From contig NW_002060951.1 of assembly GCF_000150275.1 (NCBI RefSeq), positions 2,339,919 to 2,384,322 of the forward strand: 44,404 nucleotides of DNA, written 5' to 3'. Source of the DNA: Trichoplax adhaerens. Lineage: Eukaryota; Animalia; Placozoa. Numbering within the stretch: the first letter of the stretch is position 1; every line of letters starts with the position of its first letter. The notes beneath the pieces were generated by a model. That model searched no databases. It had not been told where the DNA came from and saw only the letters and a list, made by a program, of their open reading frames with translations. Below are positions 19,301-28,922 of this stretch, one piece after another. The position numbers and the translations under genes are program-made.

Positions 19301-21906
19301 AACAGATAACTACTTCTTAAAAAAATTGGACGAAACTCCTCCGTTTTCCTTTACCGCTCAGCCTCAAGGTTTAGCAGCTACTCAAAATCTGACACAATCC
19401 CAAAAAAATAAAGCACCAATTTCATATCATCCAATTGACGAGCAGCATTACAAACATGTAGTGCCAGCAAATGTTGAAATTAATCAAAATGTTGCAAACC
19501 ATGGTCATCAAGAATTAGGGCTTATGAATGTTAGTAACTATAACTGCTCCGCCATCGACACTAATGCTACTGGATCATCCAACTCTATCCAGAATGTACC
19601 GCGTGCTGATAATGTTCATTTAGCTATGCATCAGAACCGCTTTAACCAGCAATCCTATCAATTACATAACATAAGTATGGAATCTACAGCTACTTTTATT
19701 AAGACATCTAACAATCAGCTATCGGAATTAGAGAATCAGTTACCCCAGGATTCCTTTCATGTATACCCAAACGTCGACAACAGGCAACGTCATCCAAACC
19801 TAGGAGCCGGAACTACCAATCATAATAATCATCCACCTAAATTAAACAATATTTCAGAAATTCAAACGAGATTTAGACCTAGAGCTCCAGATCAATCTTC
19901 GAAATCTCCATCAACTCCTGCCCATATTTTGTACAATCCTGTAAATAATCAGCAAGCAATGGTTTCTGAAGGCGCTGTTCCAGAATCTCCTGGCCGCGGA
20001 TTTAGTAAAGAAAATCAGCCTATTCCCAGTCAATCAAGTTATACCTTTTGGAATGAACAAACTCAAGATTCTAGTGATAAATTTTTATCGCAACGGCCAG
20101 CCGCCGCCAGTCAGGAAAGAATTGTCGCCAACACCGCTACTGATAATTCTTTCCTAGCTCGATTGCTTACGAATTCAAATTTTACTCAAGAATCGAGACA
20201 ATATCAACGTCATTCAATCGAGAGACACTACGTAGCTAAGCCAGTACCAATTGCGCCTGCTCAAAATAAGGTACAGATGAACAACTCGCCTTCGTTGGGA
20301 AATTTACAGTATGACTGGAATCAGACGCGAGAATCATCGAAAACCTTAGATAATGTAACTATATCTACTGAATGCTTTGCCATTTTTGGTTGTATTACAC
20401 CCATAAGGCTTCATCACTTACTAATTTACGATTTGCTTAATATTAAGAATGAATCTACGTCTTTGCCGGTTAGCCCTACTCATACTGGCTCCATAGCACA
20501 CGGTAAGTAAGCAACGCTGTAAACTTAACTATTCACCATCTTGCACCCATGTAATCTTTTATTATTGTCCCTTAGTTGTGGAGCCGACTGGATTCGCTAA
20601 GATTGAATCGCATAGTGGCTATATGAATAGTATTCAGATGACCAGCAAAGCTAATATGAATACATCGTCGGAAAGCCAGACTAAGCCGTCAGTTACTAAT
20701 GAGGTTGTTTAATTAAACCTTGAGTTTATAATAGCGAAAATGACAAGCTGCAGGATAAGAGTGTTGTTTTTAGACTATATGGGTAAAATCTTAGATAGTT
20801 ATAAACATTTCTCATTTAGGAATATCGAAGGAGATCGCATCAGTCTTCCGAGCAGAAACGCCGTGGCAATATTAAGGTTTTCGGCCTTTTTTATGATGAA
20901 ATCACTAGCACAATATAAATCTCGATGACGTAACTAATGATTACTATTAATTTATTAGCTAAGATTTGAGAAACTGCAGTCTCTAGTACCATCGTTAACT
21001 TCAGTGCACAATGCAAGAAACAGTAAAGCAACTATTCTTCAAAAATGTCAGTAAGATTAATTTATGAGTATTCTTAGATGAAATATGGCTAAGTAATGGT
21101 AATCCTAGTTTTTTTCTATTTTCTGTCGCCTAAATTAGCAATTGATTATTGTAAAACCTTAACCCAAGAAAAACAAGCGATGCAAGCTGAAATTCAGAGA
21201 CTTAAAAGTAGAATTTTAGAGTTAAATGAGGGTATAAAGTACGTAAAATTCTATGTTGTAATAGCGTAATGTTTTAACGGAGATACTATTACTCATACCA
21301 ATTTATATACGTTACATGTATAGTAAATGTCATCAACAATTACCTGTGACTGGTGCTACTGTTACCCAGCAGCGAGCTGATCAATTACGGCAAAAATTTG
21401 ACGAATACGTTAAAAAAAGGACTTTAAGCAATTATAAATTCTGGATTGTATCCTTTTCGCTTAGGATTATACATCTTTCGAGTGGCAATCCCTCAGAATT
21501 TACTTTCTTCTGTTTGTTTATATATTTTATGTTTACTCTCAAATGCAATCTGTGATTCTTTAACGATATAAAACTGCTACAGTTTAGCATCATTATTAGG
21601 CCGTTGTTCGAGTCATATAGCAACACTGCTGTAACATCAAGCTATGATGAATTCTACCGAACAATGCAAGCATGGATGGATCAGCACTGCACTCTTGTTC
21701 AATTGAGACCAGGTATGATTGCATGACCAGGTAATTGCTATCTGTTTAACATAAAGATTAATGCAAGAACTAATCTGTTTCCTTTCATTTCAGTTGTCAT
21801 GGCCGCGCTTTGTCAGCTAAGTACCGATACGGATATACTATCGAATCCATCATTAGTTCCTGTTCAGGCTGTAGAAGCTGCAAAAAAATTATTAGTTGAA
21901 AATTAA
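16119..21906 (+). CDS. MLXIP: Mondo family (MLXIP/MLXIPL, MondoA/ChREBP-like) glucose-responsive bHLH-leucine-zipper transcription factor. Gene span; 17 coding exons, about 930 aa.
   Basis: Spliced translation shows the Mondo conserved regions: SLAQLLDCLRLEY|SDTLLTPRWKNFKSQNLKWEQKRRLNNIIWRAWHMQ (human, as I recall it: SLTKLFECMTLAYSGKLVSPKWKNFKGLKL...RLNNAIWRAWYIQ); ...YYQKRIYRCGFDVL... (KRKSPVCGFVTPL); AIVVEGEHWRRRLDAIASEYKRWRCYFGQ (AVILEGNYWKRRIEVVMREYHKWRIYY); TADLIQPTLDQLQPSVADLL (ADMIQPDLTPLQPSLDDFMD). It then has a 1.2-kb Q/N/S-rich exon, followed by the bHLH-ZIP EYRRRSHQSSEQKRRGNIK|LRFEKLQSLVPSL...SKATILQKS|IDYCKTLTQEKQAMQAEIQRLKSRILELNEG (RRITHISAEQKRRFNIKLGFDTLHGLVSTL...KVSKATTLQKTAEYILMLQQE), and the C-terminal WMC/DCD domain KCHQQLPVTGATVTQQRADQLRQKFDEYVKKRTLSNYKFWI|FSIIIRPLFESYSN...AWMDQHCTLVQLRP|VVMAALCQLSTDTDILSNP (CQQQLPATGVPITHQRFDQMRDMFDDYVRTRTLHNWKFWVFSILIRPLFESFNG...AWLDQYCSLPALRP). 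Exons: 16119-16312, 17250-17356, 17938(alt 17906)-18095, 18260-18346, 18448-18492, 18587-18651, 18770-18810, 18955-19032, 19111-19191, 19306-20502, 20576-20703, 20820-20876, 20959-21046, 21139-21238, 21324-21447, 21583-21712, 21794-21906. Total 2793 nt (931 codons) with consistent phases. Confidence 0.85.
16405..16820. repeat. GTAC-palindrome microsatellite tracts inside Mondo intron 1 (16410-16550, 16708-16818)
   Basis: gcggtactgtacgtgtag, gacagtactgtatactgtacgt, gaactgtacagtacagtacagtgtacactgcacagtatag... Confidence 0.8.
17088..17118. repeat. Near-perfect 31-bp palindrome (15-bp arms, 1-nt spacer) in Mondo intron 1
   Basis: aatgtagactgtaca a tgtacagtctacatt. Confidence 0.8.
17250..17356 (+). 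CDS. MLXIP: Mondo exon 2 (MCR II/III: PRWKNFK...IIWRAWHMQ)
   Basis: tattag|t gac...caa t|gtaagt. Confidence 0.85.
17938..18095 (+). CDS. MLXIP: Mondo exon 3 (CGF motif; 5' boundary uncertain, the alternative 17906 requires donor caatgtaa|gttgta)
   Basis: Frame carries ...YYQKRIYRCGFDVLRSTL... and ends cct cag|gtattg in phase 0, matching exon 4. Confidence 0.55.
18260..18346 (+). CDS. MLXIP: Mondo exon 4 (MCR IV: AIVVEGEHWRRRLDAIASEYKRWRCYFGQ)
   Basis: catgaag|gca...ggg cag|gtactt. Confidence 0.85.
18448..18492 (+). CDS. MLXIP: Mondo exon 5 (TVTPPETETQVILGN)
   Basis: aatttag|act...aat|gtctgt. Confidence 0.5.
18587..18651 (+). CDS. MLXIP: Mondo exon 6 (DDELSQQLNDASNKLIKEQLTG)
   Basis: ctatag|gat...aca gg|gttagt. 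Confidence 0.6.
18770..18810 (+). CDS. MLXIP: Mondo exon 7
   Basis: taattag|g cca...gat g|gtaagt. Confidence 0.55.
18955..19032 (+). CDS. MLXIP: Mondo exon 8 (MCR V-like copy 1: VFMLPDTLFSSLAPVDDFNSTDERLMG)
   Basis: cattacag|tt...atg g|gtaaga. Confidence 0.7.
19111..19191 (+). CDS. MLXIP: Mondo exon 9 (MCR V-like copy 2: DTADLIQPTLDQLQPSVADLLATMEDN)
   Basis: taatatag|at...aac g|gtgaga. Confidence 0.75.
19306..20502 (+). CDS. MLXIP: Mondo exon 10 (1.2-kb Q/N/S/P-rich low-complexity central region)
   Basis: Acceptor aaaaacag|at; corresponds to track ORF 19326..20510; perfect donor cac g|gtaagt at 20502/20503. Confidence 0.8.
20576..20703 (+). CDS. MLXIP: Mondo exon 11
   Basis: cccttag|tt gtg...aat gag|gttgtt. 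Confidence 0.7.
20820..20876 (+). CDS. MLXIP: Mondo exon 12 (bHLH basic region: EYRRRSHQSSEQKRRGNIK)
   Basis: catttag|gaa...att aag|gttttc. Confidence 0.85.
20959..21046 (+). CDS. MLXIP: Mondo exon 13 (helix-loop-helix: LRFEKLQSLVPSLTSVHNARNSKATILQK)
   Basis: ttattag|cta...aaa t|gtcagt. Confidence 0.75.
21139..21238 (+). CDS. MLXIP: Mondo exon 14 (leucine zipper)
   Basis: aaattag|ca att gat...ata aa|gtacgt. Confidence 0.8.
21324..21447 (+). CDS. MLXIP: Mondo exon 15 (WMC domain; ends at the U12-type donor)
   Basis: gtatag|t aaa tgt...ttc tgg att|GTATCCTTT. Confidence 0.85.
21448..21582 (+). other. MLXIP: U12-type (minor spliceosome) GT-AG intron in the Mondo gene
   Basis: The 5' splice site att|GTATCCTTT matches the U12 consensus exactly. 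The branch-site-like TTCTTTAAC at 21557-21565 lies about 18 nt upstream of the acceptor ctacag|ttt. Splicing here restores ...YKFWI|FSIIIRPLFES..., which matches human FWVFSILIRPLFES as I recall it. Confidence 0.8.
21583..21712 (+). CDS. MLXIP: Mondo exon 16
   Basis: ...ctacag|ttt agc...cca g|gtatga. Confidence 0.85.
21794..21906 (+). CDS. MLXIP: Mondo exon 17 (stop taa 21904-21906)
   Basis: tttcag|tt gtc atg gcc...gaa aat taa. Confidence 0.85.
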
Positions 21907-24686
21907 TCACAAAGTAAATTTAAATTTAATTTGGGATTAATTTTTACGAGTAACTTGTATTCATATAGCTTTGCCACAACAGTCTAGACTATTATCTGGA
22001 TGATTCAAACCGGTGTTCTAATTAATTTAATATTATATATTCATGTAAATATCAATAACATCAATTGTGTGTTGCAGCTTTTAATTTTTTTAATTCTATC
22101 TCTTTTGTGTTAATTATTAAGATACAAAAATTGATTTAATATAACTAGTGTACCAAATGGACAACAAGTAAAAGATTGTATATATAAAAATATATGTACT
22201 GTATATGTACTAGATAACTGGTACATATAAACGTTATAGTCAGTTACTTGCCGCTTAAAGTGGTTGTTCGTATTTTTAATAACTAGAGTTAGTCGGTCAA
22301 GTCGCTATGCATGATAATATTCACAAAGCGTTTACAATGAAATCGATAGTAGATATTTAAAAGTAACTTTCGAATTCAGTATGCATACGGTATTACACAA
22401 TTGATATGCACGCATCCTCACCCTATTATAGCATCGTGGCTGTATACGCGTATATATACGTATGCTGTATTTATGTTACAAGATTTACAATAAATTCTTT
22501 CTTTTATCGTTCGGCAAACGGTTGGGTCGCAATACTATATATAAAACATGCTTAACGTAGACAATAATTTAATATTATAATAGTACTGTGTGCATACTAA
22601 TGTAAAGTTAACAATGTAGGATCGTACAATTGTATCTTCAGATTTCGAAATATAATTGAATACGTATAAGAGGAGGTATTTACTGTAGGCTTCAGCTAGA
22701 ATGCCATGAAATCTGTCAAAGTTTTTTAGAACTTAAGGTTTTACATAATCTAATTGATTTTCAGTTATAACTTGCGGTTAATATATCGTTACTCTAGAAC
22801 CTACTATAAATTTATATAATACCGTGATCATTCGTTTTTCTTTACACTTCACGAAAGCTTCATAAATTGTAATGCTTACCGCATCTATTAGAGAATTGTA
22901 TCCGAGTTGTTTATTATAAACTCCGAAATTCTGTTATCTAAAATCCATCCGCTGCATGTTTGCATAGATACAATATGAAATTTATACTTGTAGTAGGCCA
23001 ACGCGGTAAGGAAATAATTTTAGTATAATTCTACATTTCCTTTCTTAATGTACGTATACTGTACATCAGAGTACTTTGCTACTAACATCACCAAATTGAA
23101 GTAAATTGCATAACTTAGACAACATCGAAAGTAGCCTTTCTTAGGGCTTTGCTTCTAGATGGCTTCTCATCTTTTTTTTGGCGAAAGGAATTACCTGATA
23201 TACACAATCATCTGAACAAGACTGATTCTAGATGTAAGAATCTTGTGACATTATATGTAAAGTACAGTAGAATGAGTTGATAAGTGCGCAATACAAAGTA
23301 CTGCACTCGGTAATTGCTGCATTAAGATGATATATGTTTGGGCCATCCCTTAAGATCTATCTAGATCTCTCCGATATTTATGCAAGATTGCAATAGAGAC
23401 TATCCTAATTCTGAATTTCTTCCGCATCGTATTCGACAGTGATCGCATCTAATTCTCAATCTAGCGTACGACCACGCATGCTACATATCTATCCAATCTA
23501 CGGAAGCTGATATCTTATTTGAACACGGTCTCGAATAGTTTAATAATCACATACAATTATATATATATTAATGTATAAATTGATTTGAATGCACAATGGG
23601 GATGAGATAAATCTATTAGTGGTATTTTGTAATTGTTAGAAATAATAATTTAATTAGAGCAAGATAATTTAACTGCTTGCCCGATTGTTGGGGCGATCAG
23701 CACAATGCGTATATAGAACTGATTGCTTTTGTTGATATATTGTGGTAGTTGCCGAATCGGTTATAAAGAAGGTTCGATTTATCTAGCTTATGTTACTAAG
23801 TCAGCCAGTACCTAATAATTTAATGAAATTCTTTGTTTTGTAAGAAAAGTGTAATAACTTTGTCAGTACACATTTGATAAAGATTTACTTCGAGTATTTA
23901 GAAGCAAGCACCATGATATTTAGGATAGTTTAATCATTGAAGAAATTTTATAATCGGAATCTATCGTTGCCCGCTAAATAATTAGGCGTCTGGATATATA
24001 AATTGATTGTTAAAATAGATGAAAAGGGTCTAAGGCCTGTCCCTTTAGTAGCCTTTAGCACTAAGCGTCAATGCTTGCATTGTACATTGTACAATAACTT
24101 TCAGCAGTTTTGTTGCTCACTGTCAATTGATTAAAACTATTAAAATGATACTGTTTTTAGTACAATAAAATTAACCTCATGTTACTAGATGCTAAAGTTG
24201 AACTGTCATATCGGTACTCAATATAAAAACTCAATCCATAAATTAATAAACTTACAATTAAGGTAATAGATATTGATACAGTGTAGTACATAATATAAAA
24301 TTAAAGTACAGTACTGCAAGGGTATATCAGCTGCAGTTATCCCATGCAGCATGTATAAAATGCACAAATAAGTACGAAATCTTCAGTAAGGATATTGCTG
24401 ATAGAGTCAACTTTTTTAATAAGGTTAGCAGGCATATTTAACGTAAGTTCGCCAAAAAATATGCTGAGTATACTATATATAGACAGATAGATATGCGTAT
24501 CGATACACTAATACTGTACAAATCATTCACATCCACATCTTAAATAACAATCATAATCAACCACACATTAAAAACCAGAGCCCGAACTAGCAGTCGTAAT
24601 TGCATAAAGGATCAGACTACTTGTTATATTCGGTTGTTTACGAAATTTAAGTCGTAAGTATAGCATTCGCATGTATTTGTAGTCTT

Positions 24687-24814
24687 TTATGAATAGCTAT
24701 TTATACTTATATCTCGCGATCGATACGTAATATTCGCGTCTTGTAATTCTTCCAAAACATGTTGAGGCAATCGTCCTGTGACAGATATTGCGTAACATCC
24801 TCTCGTGAAAGAAT
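24687..24814 (-). CDS. SUPT4H1: SPT4 exon 4 (stop = reverse complement of 24687-24689)
   Basis: attcgtag|at tct ttc...VTGRLPQ...tca taa. Confidence 0.85.
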
Positions 24815-26563
24815 CTACGAATTAATATAGCATTTAAGAACCATTTTGCGCAAAAGCAAAAACCGCGTATGTTGTTAGAGACTTCAATACGTTATAATCT
24901 ATACTGTACGGTATATACTGTACCCAAAAACTGTATTAGATCTAGTTTAAACCACTAATAAACGCAAAATTGAATTTTTGACATAGAGCTAACATATTCT
25001 CATGGTATAATAGTTACACAAACGAATTGCTCTTATAGATACTATCTAAAGATCAACAAGTCATTACTAACCTATTCCTTGCCACCTTGCTACCCAGCTA
25101 TTTTTTGGATCAGTCAGTGAAATCATTCTACGAAAAAGGACAAAGTAAGAATATTTATGTATATGGGCAACAGTAGCATCTACCTCATAATCCTTTTACT
25201 GAATAATCTATGATTAATTATACACAATTAATTAAAGCCTTAATCAACATAGGGCAATAACAATAAATTTACTATTGAATTCGTATATCGAATATTGATA
25301 TTCTAATATTTTTATGGCTTGTTTCATAGCAAAAAAAAGCGTATTATACTTGCAATACTACGTAGCTACTCATCTACAAGATGAGAGCATTAACGTCTTC
25401 TACTGCATACTGTACTGCAGATAACAATTTGCAACGGTTTCCGCACAAACTCTAATCCTAGTATAGTTACAGTAAGCTACAAGGGTAGTAAATATCTCTT
25501 AGTACGCAATACTAAGTTTTTGAGATGAAACATCCAAAAATTTAGCAAGCTTATGTAAATAAGCTTTGTACGGCTGAACATTGATAAAACATTTCCATTG
25601 ATCACGACGTTAAGAGCCACTTAAAGGATCAAAAAGTAAACATTTATTATAAATATAGAGGTAAAGAAGCGAATTAATGACATTTCCCATCGTATGTACC
25701 TTGTCTAGTACCAGAATAAAGAAGACGTGCAAATTATGATCATAATCGCATTAACTGCTATCACATTGCTTAATATCTTTCTAGCGTCGTCTTGCAAGAC
25801 TATAGCACGCTTGATAAGTGTTTTACTCTAGACGACAGCACTTACTCAGGCATAACACCAACCAACACTGTACATACGCCTATACAGTTTTATCCATTTA
25901 CTTTAATTATGCTGTTCATACGTACACGTATATGATCTTAACAAAAAAATCTTACTGACTTACCCACTAAAGTTTGGACTTGTGCATTCGTAAACACTCT
26001 GTCTATCCCCTTTGAGATGCAGGTACTTATCACAGTTTTCACATCCATCCAACTCAAATTGATCTATGGTCTGATAATTTTACGTATTCATTATAATACA
26101 ACAAAAAGTTAAAATAGGCGAAAAGTAATAAAGCTACATGAAAAGAAGTACAGTGTTAGTCCAAGATATGCGTACGTATTGCAAAAGATATTAAGGTAGA
26201 AATCTAGACATGAAGTAATAGAACTTGATAATCCTATAGTGTGCGTATTACAAAATTGAGCTGATATTATCATTTTAAATCACAGTATGCTGTTTTTGTA
26301 AGTCTATTTATATATATATATATATTGTAGTAGTGATGGATCTATCAACAAATTTAAATAATTTCAATACTTGAAATGCTGCTCTTAGTCTCTCACTAAC
26401 ACACGAATACATGGCCCACTAGAAAATCAGGATGAAAGAAGCACGTACAGTATTATTGTACACTTGCCTTCACGAGAGAGCAAACCAAACAAGCCCTTAG
26501 ATTACGAACTTCTCTAGGAACACCATCCATTTGTTCTCGAGCATCTTTTAGTTGTTCGTCCAT
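24687..26563 (-). CDS. SUPT4H1: Transcription elongation factor SPT4 (DSIF small subunit). Gene span; 4 coding exons (26468-26563, 25964-26070, 25072-25127, 24687-24814), 128 aa.
   Basis: Minus-strand translation [32 protein letters not shown]|[36 protein letters not shown]|[19 protein letters not shown]|[34 protein letters not shown]...* matches human SPT4 as I recall it ([110 protein letters not shown]). Intron 1 uses a GC donor (aag|GCAAGT). Total 387 nt. Confidence 0.85.
25072..25127 (-). CDS. SUPT4H1: SPT4 exon 3
   Basis: ttttcgtag|a atg att...gga ata g|gttagt. Confidence 0.8.
25964..26070 (-). CDS. SUPT4H1: SPT4 exon 2
   Basis: tatcag|acc ata...agt gg|gtaagt. Confidence 0.85.
26468..26563 (-). 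CDS. SUPT4H1: SPT4 exon 1 (zinc-finger start)
   Basis: ATG = reverse complement of 26561-26563; GC-AG donor gtg aag|gcaagt. Confidence 0.8.
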
Positions 26564-26687
26564 TGATAGGCGTAAAACTTTGAAAAATTTTGGCTAATAA
26601 AATTTGAAAGGTACAGCAGCAGATAAAAAGAAGCTCGGTTTAGTAGCAGCAATATCTGTAAAGTGAGTTAAATCAAATCTTTATAGT

Positions 26688-26870
26688 AGGGTCTCTACTG
26701 TACAGTTACAGTACACCGTACAATACAGTACAGGACTTTAATATAGTAAATGGTGACACTGTACAGTACTGTACTGTATACGGGTACAGTACGGGTATGT
26801 CCAGTACAGTACTATACACTGTACACGGTATGCTCAGTACTGTAGGACACTGAAGACAGTAGCACAGCGG
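26688..26870. repeat. GTAC-palindrome microsatellite tract in the 371-bp divergent SPT4 / L10K intergenic region
   Basis: ctactgtacagttacagtacaccgtacaatacagtacagg...gtacagtactgtactgtatacgggtacagtacgggtatgtccagtacagtactatacactgtacacgg. It creates the spurious ORF 26706..26990 (-). Confidence 0.9.
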
Positions 26871-26934
26871 CAGCAGTGCTACTGCCATCACAACTTGCAA
26901 GCACAAAAGGAGATTAGAAGACGAAATTACAAAA

Positions 26935-27885
26935 ATGCCACAAGGTCCTGTTAGGAAATTATCCAAAGCGAATAATAGTAAAAAAGTCAAAAGATTAACT
27001 AAAACATCGATAAAAAGTGAGTTCTATCTAATCACAATTTGACGCTCTACTGCTTTCATTTTTTGACAGTGCTGTATAGTAAATGCAAGGAGTAGTTTTA
27101 CTATGGACTGAGGCGTATACCTGTATCTTTATGCCTATTTCACTCCGTATTTATTGATCATGGCTGTTTTTAGGGAATGCAAAGCAGCCTAGGAAGGGTA
27201 CGAAAGTAACTGGTGCTGACAAATTAAGGAAGGTATATGAATTGAAAAATTGGGAGATAATATTCCTGAATGAAGCTAGAAATCAATTAATTCTTAAAAT
27301 TTCTGCATGATCAGTAAAGCTCGTATCCTTAATATGATACACGTCCTACATTATTGGATGCTTATTCAACAAATGTACATTACTGCAACAAGCTAATAAT
27401 ATAGTTATTGGGATGACTTGATAAGATTATTCCAATACTGCAAACTTGCCAATAATATGGCATAAAACTTGATGCACTGCAAGTGGATGCAGTTGTAATG
27501 TAAGAATACGCGTATTTTATAGTAACAACTGTAAGTGAGAACAGGTGATGCAGAATTTCTATACTGAAATTCTCTACTCAGTCCATTACAGTATATCAAT
27601 TTATGTAAGAGATCAAATAAATTTAGTGTAATATATCGGATCCGAATACCAATTTACAAATACAGTACTTATTCACTTATTCATTAAAATCAACTTACGT
27701 GTATCCTTCTAACTGCGTATGATCTTGCATTTCCATCAACACAGACTTTGCAAAAAAACATTAACAAAAGTATAGAGGAAGACGTTAGACAGCGAGCTTC
27801 AAAGTATGAAGTCAAACCTTTCTATATCATCCGTAACGATACCACCACGAAGGAAACATTAAAAAAGAAACCCGAAAGTAAATGA
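26935..27885 (+). CDS. Leydig-cell-tumor 10 kDa protein homologue (C19orf53 / L10K, UPF0390 family). Gene span; 3 coding exons (26935-27016, 27174-27232, 27745-27885), 93 aa.
   Basis: MPQGPVRKLSKANNSKKVKRLTKTSIK|RNAKQPRKGTKVTGADKLRK|TLQKNINKSIEEDVRQRASKYEVKPFYIIRNDTTTKETLKKKPESK* resembles the human protein as I recall it (MAQGQRKFQAHKP...[47 protein letters not shown]...). Splice sites aaa a|gtgagt, tttttag|gg, agg aag|gtatat, aacacag|act. Total 282 nt. Confidence 0.65.
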
Positions 27886-28703
27886 ATTGATCCTCCGAAA
27901 GAATATTGGGCAAAAATTTTTACTCAATATAGTACTAGATATTGCTTGCAATATTTAGTCTACTTGTGCGCATTCAAACTAGCTTAAGTTTATCTTGGTA
28001 TCCAATCGACGTACACCATACAGCAAAAGCATCATCAGTGCAAGATGCTGAATTATGAAATACTTCGACATACGTGTGTACTTATTTAAGGTATATTCTT
28101 TTAAAAGCCATAATGATTGCATTATGATGGTACCTGAATTTGTAAATTTCCGTGAGCTGTCTTAATAGGATGTTATGTTTACAATTTTGTAACAAAGCTA
28201 ATATAATAAAATCTTTAGTCTTTAAACTGCAAGCCACATTGCCATGTCAGCAATGCACATAGTGTACAGTATGTTCGTATGAGAACATCAATGACTTTTC
28301 TCGCGGATCACACGTACACATATACGTAAACGATGTATGGTAGTGATAATATTTTGAGTCAGTAGATCTATCCATTAGTATAGCTAACTAACTTCCACAT
28401 TGATCATAAGTTCAAAAATGCCCTATACTGTATTGTATTGTTAAAATAATGACAACATTAATGTTGATTCCATTCTAGGCCGTAAATTATACTTTACAAG
28501 TTAAATTGCACAATATCTATGATATTTTATAGCATTTCTAACATTATAGGACGAGCGAATGATAAACCTGGATCTAAATTGAAATACTCGTACAGTATAC
28601 AGTATTATTCATCACCAAAACGTTACGGAGAAAATATGACAGACAGTGTATGAACTAGTGTAACTAATGTAACTGAATCTGAATGATCACAAAGGAGTTT
28701 GAC

Positions 28704-28922
28704 AGTTTCAGTTCTTAATCAGAACAGTACAAGCTTATTGCTTATAGTGCTTATGGGCTAACAGTTAGTTTCACTAGTTAATTGAAACTGCACAAGCTTT
28801 ATTGCTCACAGTATTTGTGAGCGATACGCATGAGTTTAGCCATCCAGTTAGTTTCAGTTATTAATCTGAATAGTACAAGTTATTGCTTACATTATTTGTG
28901 AGCTATACACTTGTTTTGCAGA
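28704..28922. repeat. Three diverged tandem copies of an about 75-80 bp unit
   Basis: cagtt(ag)tttcagtt(a/c)ttaatc(tg/ag)aa(t/c)agtacaag(c)ttattgcttaca(g)tatttgtgagc... recurs at about 28704, 28763 and 28846. Confidence 0.6.

Noticed and set aside
27690-27745. gtatccttctaac upstream of L10K exon 3 looked like U12 splice signals
   Set aside because: The actual donor of that intron is aag|gtatatga at 27233 (U2-type). The TCCTTCTAAC element is 31 nt from the acceptor, too far for a U12 branch site. Treated as coincidence within a polypyrimidine tract.
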